This document shows, in pieces, positions 12,701-24,700 of a stretch of 64,000 bases of DNA. Numbering within the stretch: the first letter of the stretch is position 1; each line of letters opens with the position of its first letter. Under the pieces are notes generated by a model. That model saw only the letters and a program-made list of their open reading frames with translations. It searched no databases and had not been told where the DNA came from. Made by a program: the position numbers and the translations under genes. Origin of the DNA: Heteronotia binoei (taxonomy: Eukaryota); assembly GCF_032191835.1 (NCBI RefSeq), contig NC_083232.1, positions 682,001 to 746,000 on the forward strand, read 5' to 3'.

Positions 12701-15700
12701 TTTCTGTACTCGAGTTGAAGAGAGGAATCGCCAGCTCAGCCCCTCCAGAAGAATCTCCTCCCCCATGTTGGGCGGGGGGGGGGGCTGCCTACCCAGAAGG
12801 CACCACAGGTGCAGGCAGCCTCCAGGACCCCTCCTCCCAGCACCTGGGTCTCCTACGCTGCCAGCCCCCCCTCACCTGCGGGTTGCCATGGTTACGGATG
12901 TCAAGCTGGGCGAAGGAGCAGATGTCCCCCACGCCCACCACCTCGACAGAGAAGTGGCGGAAGAAGTCGATGATGTCCAGGGCTTTGGCTCGTAAGGCGA
13001 AGATGAGGAGGAAGGGCGTCACGATGGGGCTCAGCAGCTCCTCCAGGATGAAGACCTGGGGCCAGAGGAGCTCCTCAGAGGCTGCCAGAGGGCCCCCCCT
13101 CCCCGCCGGCCTCCCCTCCCCTCCCCCCCCGCCCCTGCTCACAGCCTTGTACTGGAAGAGCTGGGCCATCTCTTCCCGCGTCTCTGACTTGTGGGCGTTG
13201 CCTTGCCAGTGGTCGGGGATGTAGTGGATGTGTGCCAAGACGCACTGCAGGAGCTGCTCTGGACACCACACCAGGTGCTCATCCGGGATAAAGGACCTGC
13301 AAAAGCCAGAGATCCTCAGCCTCCGGGAAGGGAAGGGGGGCACAGGCTGTGACACCACAAGGGAGAAGGAAGAGGAGGAGCCAGAAACTGCCTGGCACCA
13401 CCAGGGGCCCAACCCTGGGAAGTCACTCCAGTCTCACCCTCTGAGGCTCACTGGTGACCGTCGCAGGTGCGCAGCCAAGCTGGTCTGAAGCAGCAGAACA
13501 ACACCTGAGTCCAGGCAGGCACCTTCGAGACCAACCAAGCTTCTGCCCAGAATAAAACTTAGCTGGTCTTAATGGTGCCACTGGACTCAAACCTTGTTCT
13601 GGTGACAGTCTGCACGGGACCACGCTGACAGGACTTCACGAGGGCTCAAGCCTTTCTTTGCCCACCTGAAATCGTAAAGGCTCAGACTAGTTCATATGCT
13701 GGAAATAATGGATGCACCTCATTCCATCCTGGGGAGGAGAACTGCACAGGCCAGAAAGATAAACAGAACTAATTTGGACTGGGTTTGAAATTTGGAATGG
13801 ATTGCAGCAGCATGGCTGGTGAAGGAGAAGAGGCAGTGACGTGCAAAGTCTGCGGCATGTTCGTATTCTTTCCTGAGGGTAACAGCAAATACACTTGCAG
13901 CAAGTGTAAGCTGGTAGCCCTACTGGAGGAGAAGATGCAGTGACTTGAAGCACACTTGTCCACACTCTAGTTTATAAGGATTTAATGGAAAGAACACATT
14001 AAGTGCTCGAGAGGGCAAAAGGAGGAGGTGGAAAAGGTACCTCAGCGAGTGGAAGGAGGGCACATAGGAAAAGATAACCCTAGAAGCAGGACAATCAGGA
14101 GACATTCTCAACTTCTGTTGCTAAGCAATCGGTTCCAGGATCTCCCTGCAGATACTGATTCTGGACCACTGGTACAAGGGCGACTTCCCCAGTCTCCACA
14201 AAGCTTGAAGGAAATTTCACAGGCCCCTGTGGATGAGGACTCGAGCTTCTGCTCCCCAATATAGGAGGCGCAGAGGAGCAGAGACTACAGCATGCCAACC
14301 GGATTTGCCATCTCAAGAGGTCTGCTGTCTACCGAGTGCACACATCCAGGACATGACTGAAAGGGTAGGAAGCCCACAGATTAAATATCCTTTCTTGCTG
14401 ATCCATGTGGGAGCAAAAGATACTGCCCGGCACAGCCCAGAATGTATTAAAAGAGACTATGTGGCTCTAGATAAGAAGGTGAAGGACCTGGAAACGCAGG
14501 TTGTATTTTCATCCGTTCTTCCTGTCAAAGGCCAGGCTTACGAAGGAAAAGAAGAATACAGCAAATAAATAGATCACAGTAGGCAGCCATGTTGGTCTGA
14601 AGCAGTAGACAAGTGCACCTTTAAGACCAATTAAGTTTTATTTAGAATGTAAACATACGAAAGCTGACATTCAAAATAAAACTTGTTGGTCTTAAAGGTG
14701 CACTTGTCTACTGCTTTGTTCTACAGGAAATAAATGACAGGCTATGTAGATTGTATAATCAGGAAAGGGCTGGATTTTTGGACCATGGCTTATGCTTTCA
14801 AGACGGTTGGCGCCTCAAGAGGGTAGGAAAAAATGTGGTTGGTAAGATCCTTTCAAACCTAATAAGAGGGCTTTAACCTAAACTGCATGGGGGAGCACGA
14901 CAAAAATGCAAAGTCTTGTATGATCCCAATAACCAAGGATAAGAAGGCTACAATTTTGCAGGGAATGGCACATAAACTAGGTAACATTAACTCGTGGGTA
15001 AGTAAAGAGACAAAAACCTCAGGGAACATAAAACATGGATTCTGATGTCTCTACAATAATGCACAGAGTATGGGAAACAAGCAGGAAGAACTGGAAGTCC
15101 TAATACAGGAAGGGGACTATGACCTAATAGGCATTACAGAAAGCTGGTGGGATAACACAACTGGAATATTAGGATCGAGGGATACAAATTTAAAAGGGGC
15201 AGACAAATGAGGAAGGGCAGAGGAGTTACACTGTATGTAAAGGAGGCATATAATTGTGAGGAAATACATGACTGAGCGTGGAAGTTCAGTTGAGAGTCTC
15301 TGGGTAAAAATAAAAGGTGTAAGAAACAACAGTGATATTATGGCTGGGGTCTGCTATAGACCACCAAGCCAGGCAGAGGACTTGGATGAGATGCTCCTAC
15401 AACAGATTGCAAAGTTCTCCAAGAGAAGGGACACAGTGGTCATAAGAGATCTCAGTTACCTAGACATCTGTTGGAAGTCCAACTCCACTAAAATGAAAAG
15501 TCAAAGAAAGTCCTGGCTTGTATTGCTGACAACTTCATTTTCCAGAAATTGGAGAAGGAAATGAGGGAATCTGCTATCTTGGACTTGATTCTCACCAACA
15601 GGGAAGAACTGGTAGTAGTGACTATGTCATTTTGGAATTTACAGTCTTGCGGAAGAGGGGAAGGGATGATGGCTCAGTGGCAGAGCATCTGCTTGGGAAG

Positions 15701-18700
15701 CAGAAGGTCCCAGGTTCAATCCCTGGCATCTCCAAAAAAGGGTCCAGGCAGATAGGTATGAAAAACCTCAGCTTGAGACCCTGGAGAGCCGCTGCCAGTC
15801 TGAGAAGACAATACTGACTTTGATGGACCAAGGGTCTGATTCAGTATAAGGCAGCTTCATATCTTCAAATGCTGAACATAGCCGGACATATAGGTTGGAC
15901 TTCAGGAAAGCAAATTTTGCCAAACTTTTATGCTGGATAAAATCCCATGGTCAGAAATATATAAAGAGGTATGGGAGTTTCCTAAAAGCAAAATATTGAA
16001 GGCATAATCACAAATGATCCCTATGAGAAGGAAAAATGGGAGGAACCTAAAGAAGCCAAGGTGATAAACAGCTATCTAAAGATTGAGAAATAAAAAAGAC
16101 TCCTTTAAGAAATGGAAGGAGGGTCTTATAACCAAGGATGAATATAAGCAAATCATCAGTGCTTGTAGAGAAAGAGTTAGGAAAGCTAAAGCTCCATATG
16201 AGTTTAGGCTAGTGAGAGATGCTAAAAAAAACCCCAAAAACCTAGTTCTTATCTTATGAACAAAGTAAGAAAAAGCACAAGGACATGGTAGGCCCCTTGC
16301 AGGGTCAGGAAAGTGAAATTGTAACAGGTGATGAAAAGAAAGCAGAACAGCTCATTTTCTACTTTTCCTGACTTTTCTTCTGAGGGAAAAAGTGCTCAAC
16401 CTGGCAAAAACAGAACACATCATGAGGGAAGGGAATTGCAGCCTAGGATCAGCATAGGGGTAGCACAGAAACGTCCAGTTACCCAGATCCTCCTTTTCCC
16501 CCCTTCTTGAAGATGGGAATAACATTTGCCTGCCTCCAGCCTTTTGGCACCTCACCTGTTCTTCAGGAATGCTCAAAAATAATGGCCAGAGGCTCAGAAA
16601 TTACATCCGCAAGTTCTCTTAGTACCTTGGATGCAGTTCCTCTGGCCCTAAGGACTTTGTTTCATTTAATGAAAGTGACTGGATTTATACTCCCCATCCT
16701 TCACTCAGAGTCTCAGCGCAGCTTCCAATCTCCTTTCCCTTCCTCTCCCCACAACAGACACCCTGTGAGGTTGGTGGGGCTGAAAGAGTTCTGACAGAAA
16801 CTGCTCTTGAACAGAACAGCTCTGAGAGAGTTATGACTGACTCATAGAATCATAGAGTTGGAAGGGCCCTCCAGGGTCATCTAGTCCAACCCCCTGAACA
16901 ATGCAGGAAACCCACAAATACCTACCCTAAATCCACAGGATCTTCATCGCTGTCAGATGGCCATCTAGCCTCTGTTTAAAAACCTCCAAGGAAGGAGAGC
17001 CCACCACCTCCTGAGGAAGCCTGTTCCACTGAGGAACCGCTCTGACGGTCAGGAAGTTCTTCCTAATGTTGAGTCAGAAACTCTTTTGATTTAAATTTAT
17101 TGATAACATATAGTAACAATTTCCGTTAATAACTTCTTTTCATCTATCCCATATGCTTCTTTCTAATCACCCCTCCCCCCGTTACTTGACCCCCGCCAGT
17201 GTTATTTACTAAAAATACTAACATTAAAATGTATCCTTAATTACTAAGAACTAAAATTAATATTCTTCTTTCTTCTAAAGTTTAATCATTATCAAAAATT
17301 GTCCAAAGTCCTTTTACTTTCCACTCGTCTTCTACGTAACTTCTAAATTTTTTCCACTCCCTTTTTTTTTTAAATAAATCAAAAGTTTATTTCAACACCA
17401 AAAATAATTTACAAAGCGGTATAACTCTAACATTTCGCATACAGATAGGTTTGTCTTCCACATAAACAATATTGTCCTCTAAGATATAACCTATCCCCAA
17501 ATTACCCAAATGGGGTAGAACGTGGTGTCAAACCATAATCGAACATCCATCTTAACGACATTTTTTCTTTATAAATGGTAACACTAACATTTCTTTTTAC
17601 CTTTAATTGTCTTTTACCTTGCACCTTTTTTTAACCAACTATAAAACTTTTCCCATTTTTTAATTGCTTCAACTTTGGGGATCCCTTTTAACATGTTCGA
17701 TAAAATATCCATCTCTGCGGCTTGCAGTGTTTTATCTACCACCTCCTCTAATTCAGGAGTTTCTTTTTGTTTCCAATGCCTGGCATAAACAATTCTAGCT
17801 GCTGTTAAAACATATATTGTCACATATTCATCCTCCTGTGGGACCTCCTTCCTTACTAAGGACAATAACATAATTGCGGGTTTAAACTGCCAGTTTATAT
17901 TTAACATCGCTTTCAGCATCTCATAAACTTTAACCCAAAATTTCTTTGCCCATTTGCAAGTCCACCATAGGTGGAAGAATGAACCAATCTTTGTCCCGCA
18001 TTTCCAACAGTTTGGGGAAGTAGATACCTTAATCTTATTTAATTGAACAGGGGTAATGTGCCATCTATGAAATAACTTTAAAAAAATTTCTCTAAAATTA
18101 TACGGCTTAATGATTTTATAATTCAATTTCCAAAAGCGAGACCATGTTTCCAAATCAATATTTTCCGTCAAGTTCTTGGACCACTTCAGCATCACATCTT
18201 TAACAACTTCATCCTCCAATTTCATCTGCATTATATAATTATAAGTTTTCTTAATAACTTTATCCACCCACTCCCTTTTGAAATCTTCTAAATTATAGTA
18301 TCTTAAAGTTCTTGTTCATTTGTCCATCGCACTCCATGTCATAACTTTTACAATCCAATCCCATTTTTCTGGTATTTTTTCTTGCTTCCATAACTGCGCA
18401 TATAGTATCCTAGCAGCTGAAAGCAAGTACCAAACTATAGTTCTATCCTCTTTTGGAAATTTTTCCATTTGTAATCCTAACAGAAAAGTCTCTGCAGCTT
18501 TCCTTAATTCATATCCCAAGATCTTAGAAATTTCTTGTTGGATCATCTGCCAATACTGTTTCGCTCTTTCACAAGTCCACCACATATGATAGAAAGAACC
18601 TTCATGTTTTTTGCATTTCCAACATCTGTCTGGCATCTTGTTATTTATCGTTGCCAATTTTTTAGGAGTCATATACCATCTATACATCATTTTAAAACAG

Positions 18701-21700
18701 TTCTCTTTAATACTCTGACATGTTGAAAGTTTCATAGAGTTCTTCCATAAATATTCCCATGTATCCATCTGTATTTCTTTATTTACATTTATTGCCCATT
18801 TAATCATTTGAGATTTCACTACTTCATCTTCTGTAGACTATTTTAAAAGTAACTTGTAAGTTTTTGAAATTAATTTTTCATTATCATTTGTTAAATTGTT
18901 TACTGTCTTTCACAATCGGAATAGTTTGAAACAAATACATTATTCTCGGCAAAATATTCATCTTAATTGCAGCTATTCTTCCAAGCAATGACAAGCTTAT
19001 TCCATTTTATCATATCTTCATCCATTTTACGCCATAGCTTTTCATAGTTATTTTTGAACAGGTCAATATTCTTCATTGTTATTTCCACACCCAAATATTT
19101 TACTTTAGATGTAACTTCACATCCTGTTAGTCTCTGCAACTCCTTTTATTTACTTGCATATTTTTACATAAAAATTTTGATTTTTCTTTAGTAGCATAAA
19201 ATCCCGCCAGTTCTCCATATTCTTGTATTTTAGCTAACAACAAAGGTGTTACTTGTGTAGGATTTTCATTTATAAACATTATATCATCTGCAAATGCTCT
19301 GTATTTGTAAATAAACCCTTTAACTCTCAACCCTTCTATTTCTTTATCATCTTGTATTTGCATCAATAACATTTCAAGAGTCATTATAAACAACAAAGGT
19401 GAAAGCGGACAACCTTGTCTTGTACCTTTGCTGATTATCATTTCATCTGTAAGATCTGCATTTATACATAACCTTGCACGTTGTTCAGTATATATTGCCT
19501 TTATCATACATAAAGTTTTCCCCCAACTCTATTTTCTCCATTACTGCAAACATAAAGTCCCAGTTCAAATTGTCAAAAGCTTTCTCTGCATCCGCAAACA
19601 ATAATGCAACTTCCTTCTCTGGATGTCTTTCATAATATTCTACAATATTTACAACAGTTCTAATATTGTCTCTTATTTGCCTTTTAGGGAGAAATCCCGC
19701 TTGGTCTTCCTTTATGAAATTTATCAAATATTTGTTGTTCTGCCAAAATTCTTATATATATCTTATAGTCATTATTTAATAATGAAATTGGTCTATAGTT
19801 CTTTACATTCGTGACATCTCTATCTTCCTTAGGAATCAAAGAAATTACATCTTCCTTCCATGTATTTGGTATTTTCCCTTCTATTCCTATCATATTCATC
19901 AATTTTTGAAGTTTCAGTACTAATTCTTCTTTAAAAATTTTAAATTTTTTTGCCGTATATCCATCTGGCCCAGGTGCTTTCCCAATTTTCACTGCATTAA
20001 TTGCTGCTTCGATTTCTATTTTTTCAACTGGATCATTCAATTTTTTTTTTCATATATTCAGTTAAGGGTGCTATTTTAATCTTCTGAAAATACGCTTCCA
20101 TCCGTTCCTTCTTTACTTTAACACCTTTAAATAATTTAGCATAGTACTTGAAAAATTCTCTTTATTCCTTCTTGATCTACCATCTCTCTTCCATCAACCA
20201 CAATTTTATTAATAATTTTACTTCCTCTCTTTTTCTTCAGTTGCCAGGCCAATACTTTCCAGGTTTCTTCGCTCCCTCAAAGGACTTCTGTTGTAATTTT
20301 ATCAAATTCCATTCCAATTCCTTATTTAACAAATGTCTCATTTGTACTTGTAGTATTGTAATCTCCCTTATAATTTTCTTTTTCCCTGGCCTTTTCCTCA
20401 ATTCCCCTTCTTTTTTCTTTATTTCATTTTGAATGTCCAACATCTGTTTTTCTTTTGCCCTTTTGTCATTGTTTAATGTAATAAATATTCCTCTCATTAC
20501 GGCTTTATAAGCATCCCACACCATCTGAAATTCTATATAATCTTTATCATTTATTTGGAAGAAAGCTTTAGTTTCATTTTCTAGAGATGTCACCAATTCT
20601 TGATTTTGTAGTAAATCTTTATTTAATCGCCATCTTCTCACTTTTTTAGACAATTTTGTAATCCATAATATTGGGTTATGATCTGCACCTATCTTCGGTA
20701 AGATCTCTATTTTTTTAGTTATAAGGCCTAAGTCCTTTGTACCCCATAACATGTCAATTCTGGAAAAAGTATTATGTCTTGCTGAAAAAAATGTATAATC
20801 TCGTACTTCAGGATTAAATTTTCTCCATAAGTCTTCCAAGTTTTCTTGTTTAACCAGTTCAAAGAAGGATTTTGGCAATTTTCCTTCGTTATTATTTTTT
20901 TTCCCAGATCTGTCCAATGTATTCTGAATTGTTCCATTAAAGTCTCCCATAATCATGACCTGGTTGTATGTCACTTCATCAAGTTGTTTTATAATGTCTT
21001 TTAAAAAAACATCTTTTGCACCATTTAGTGCATACAGTCCCAATAATAAGGTTTTTTTCGCATTTATTATTACTTCTACTGTCACAAATCTCCCATCTTT
21101 ATCTTTAAATATTATTTTTGGGTCCAATTCTTGTTTAATATAAAAAATCACACCCCTTTTCTTCTGTTCAGCCAATGAAAAAAATTCCAGTCCCAACTGT
21201 TTATTCCATAAAAATTTATAATCCTTTTGTTTAATATGAACTTCTTGTAAGCAAATTATATTACAGTTTTGTTTTTTAATCCAATGAAATATTGCCTTTC
21301 TTTTTTGTGGTGAATTTAGTCCATTTACATTCCAAGATAATAATTTATAATCCATCATGGTGCAAATTCTTTATTTTCTTCATAAAATTTACGCAGCTCC
21401 TGTGTATTTGTAATTGTAATCCTTCTTCCTTGTAGCTAAAAGCTCAAACCTTCAGGTATTATCCATCTATACCTCATTCCATTGTCACATAGTTTTTCTG
21501 TTAATTTCTTATATGTTCTCCTGTCATTTATCACTTGTCTTGGCAATTCTTTCATTATTCTTACTCTGCTTCCTCCCACTATCAATGTCTTTTCAAGATT
21601 TTCCCCACCATTTCTTTTGTCATATATCTTATAACCACATCTCTTGGTAAGTTATTTTTCTTGGCATATGATGAATTCCCTCTATACATATAATCATACA

Positions 21701-24700
21701 TATTTCTAGTCCCTTCAGGATCTTCCTCCAAGAAATCAGCAATTATTTTTATTACATGTTTTTTTTAAGTCTGTCCCTTCTTCTTCAGGTACTCCTCTCA
21801 GACGTCTTTGTGTCTCCATCAATTTACAGTCATGGATTGTTATTTTTTTCTTGCATTTTTAATAAGGTGGAATCCTGGAGTTTAACTTTTCCTTCTACCT
21901 CCTGCACTTTTTTTGACACCACCACTGTTTCATTTCTAAGCTCTTCCATTTTTTTTAAAGTCCTCAATATCTTTTTAAAGTTTTTTTTTTGCAAGCATTT
22001 ATCATCTTTTCCACCCCTTTCATCATCCTAGCTTCCATTGCTTCCAACTGACCTTGCATCTTCTCCAATGAGGCGGCCCTTGCACGGGTTACCTTTGACT
22101 CTGACATTAAAAAAACAGCGAAAAATTTGATATCACCAAAATAAAGTTCAACTATCAGGTTTGATAGATTAGAAGTTGCCCTTTCAAATGAGCCTAATTT
22201 CGCCGTCCTCCGACCTTCCCAGGCTCAGATATTAATTTTTTAAAAATTTAGCCTCCCAATAATGGCCACTGATGTTTTTCTATGGTAATACAATCCTAGA
22301 GTAGGTCCACTTCTTCAAGTTACTTCCTGCTTTGCTTGCCCTAAGTCACGTTCTCACTGGTAACAAAGTCTCACGATACTTGACATATTTCCTGTGTTGA
22401 CTGTAGAAACTGCAGATCTCTGACGATGGTGCTTTCACTCCACGACCGCAGGTAGACAAAACAATAAATTCCTTTCCAATTTTTAACACTGTCCTTAATT
22501 TAACAAAGTCCAAAATTCACCCCTTCTCCTCTTCTTCTTCCAAGCTTTCAAACTTTCTCTTTCCCACCTTCTAATATTATTTTGTTTGCTTTAAAATAGT
22601 CCCGGAATGGTAGATAACAATCAGTACCTTTTTCTAAGGTTATTCAGATCAACACTGGTCTCATACAGCATCAGATGTTTAGCAGTCTCAAAGAAGATTA
22701 GGATCTTGTTAAGCTTATGTCAAGTAAATGACTCTGCAAGCTTCTGTAGATGATGAATGTGTAACTCTTCTCCGGGGATCCCTCAAAGTCTCAAAGGAGC
22801 CCCCCCGCCCGGGACTTCCTTTTAGCCAAGGTAAATCACCTCAAAGTTTCCTGTGCATATCTTGGACTAATTTCTCACTGAGAAAAGTAGGCAGAAGGCA
22901 AAAATCTGCCCTTTACTACCCCGAACAGAAGCTCCAGTCTGCCCCCCTTAGAGAGGCAGGTCAGCTCAGCATTCTCCAAATCCAGGAAGTCCCTCTTTTA
23001 ATTTAATTTCGACCCACTGGTTCTGGTCCTACCTTCTGGGGCCACAGAAAACAATTCCACACCATCATCATCAGGGGAGGGACGGTGGCTCAGTGGTAGA
23101 GCATCTGCTTGGGAAGCAGAGGGTCCCAGGTTCAATCCCTGGCATCTCCAAAAAAGGGTCCAGGCAAACAGGTGTGAAAAACCTCAGCTTGAGATCCTGG
23201 AGAGCCACTGCCAGTCTGAGAAGACAATACTGACTTTGATGGACCAAGGGTCTGACTCAGTATAAGGCAGCTTCATATGTTCATATGTTCATCTATAGGA
23301 CAGCCCTTCAAGTACTTGAAGACGGTGATTCTATCACCTCTCAGCCGCCTCCTCTCCAGGATAAACATCCCCAGCTCCTTCAACCTTTCCTCGTAAGACT
23401 TGGACCCCACACCCCGCACTATCTTCGTCGCCCTCCTCTGGACCCCTTCCAGCTTGTCTATATCTTTCTTAAAATGTGGTGCCAAGGTCACTCCAGCAGG
23501 GGCATGTGGAGGAGTGCGGAATAAACCCAGTTCTCTCAGATAAAAATCACAGAATCATGGATGGGACCTCCAAAGTCCAACCCCCTGCACAATCCAGGAA
23601 CTACACAAGTACCTCCCCACCACATCCTTTTTGTGCACTTAACCACTACACTTAATCGTTAGAAGATGATGATGATTAAAAATATATCGGATTTCAATCT
23701 TGCTCTTCACTCTGAATCTCAGAGTCTCAGAGCAGTCACAGTCTCCTTTCCCTTCCTCCCCGTCAACAGACACCCTGTGAGGTAGGTGGGGCTGAGAGAG
23801 CTCTCACAGCAGCTGCCCTTTCAAGAACAACCACCTCTGCAAGAGCTATGGATGACCCAAGGCCATTCCAGCAGCTGCAAGTGGAGGAGTAGAGAATCAA
23901 ACCCAGTTCTCCCAGATAGTCCACACACTTAACCACTACACCAAACTGGCTCCCTAACCACTACACCATGAACCATTTTATGTTATATCCCTGGCTTGGT
24001 GGGATGGGTGGGATATAAATCCCATCAATAAATAAATAAAATAAATAAATACACTGAACCAGAGTCAGTGAGGGATCTGGAGACCAAGTCCTATGAGAAA
24101 CAACTGAAGGAGCTAGCCTGGAGAGGAGACAAGTGAGAGGTTAGGAAGGACATTACTGACATTAGGAAGAACTTCCTGACTGTTAGAGCGGTTCCTCAGT
24201 GGAACAGGCTTCCTCAGGAGGTGGTGGGCTCTCCTTCTGTGGAGGTTTTTATGAAAACAGGCCAGATGGGCATCTGACAGCAAGACTGATTCTGGGAAGT
24301 CTGGCAGTTCGTGAGAAGGAGAGCAGGGAGAATTGCATCAGTGCTTAGATCTTGTGACCCCTTCTCATTTGCCCAGGGAAATGTTGTTTGCCACTTTGGG
24401 GTCAGCTAGCAACATTTCTCAATGCCAGCTTCCCCATAAATCCTGAAGGGTTTTTTTTTGCCATCTCCTGTGCTTGCAGCAGGGGTTACTGGGGGGGGGG
24501 GGGGAGAGATTTGTGAATTTCCTGCATTGTGCAGGGGGTTGGACTAGATGACCCTGGAGGTCCCTTCCAATTCTATGAATCTATGAAAGGTAAGGAGTGG
24601 GGACAAATGTCCTGATGGGGAAGTGAAAGCAAGAGCCCATCTCCAGCATGGGGAGCTCATGAGGCAGCAAAAGCGGCTGAGGGGATCCAGCCCCCCAACT

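Larger units (their letters stand above)
16853..23490 (-). mobile_element. CR1 3' fragment split by the L1 and a SINE (pieces 16853-17094, 22993-23073, 23293-23490)
   Basis: CR1 tail revcomp CATAGAATCATAGAGTTGGAAGGG...CTAGTCCAACCCC. Sequence resumes after the L1 TSD. RT C-terminal peptide [18 protein letters not shown]...RLKELGMF. Confidence 0.8.

Noticed and set aside
15657-15730. tRNA gene-like A/B boxes (also at 23074, 27000-27200, 12400-12480)
   Set aside because: They continue into shared SINE bodies and tails and give no complete cloverleaf.
17614-21358. L1 ORF2 pieces as host genes
   Set aside because: Parts of TSD-flanked retrotransposon copies; the larger L1 ORF2 is broken by stops, frameshifts and an internal deletion.
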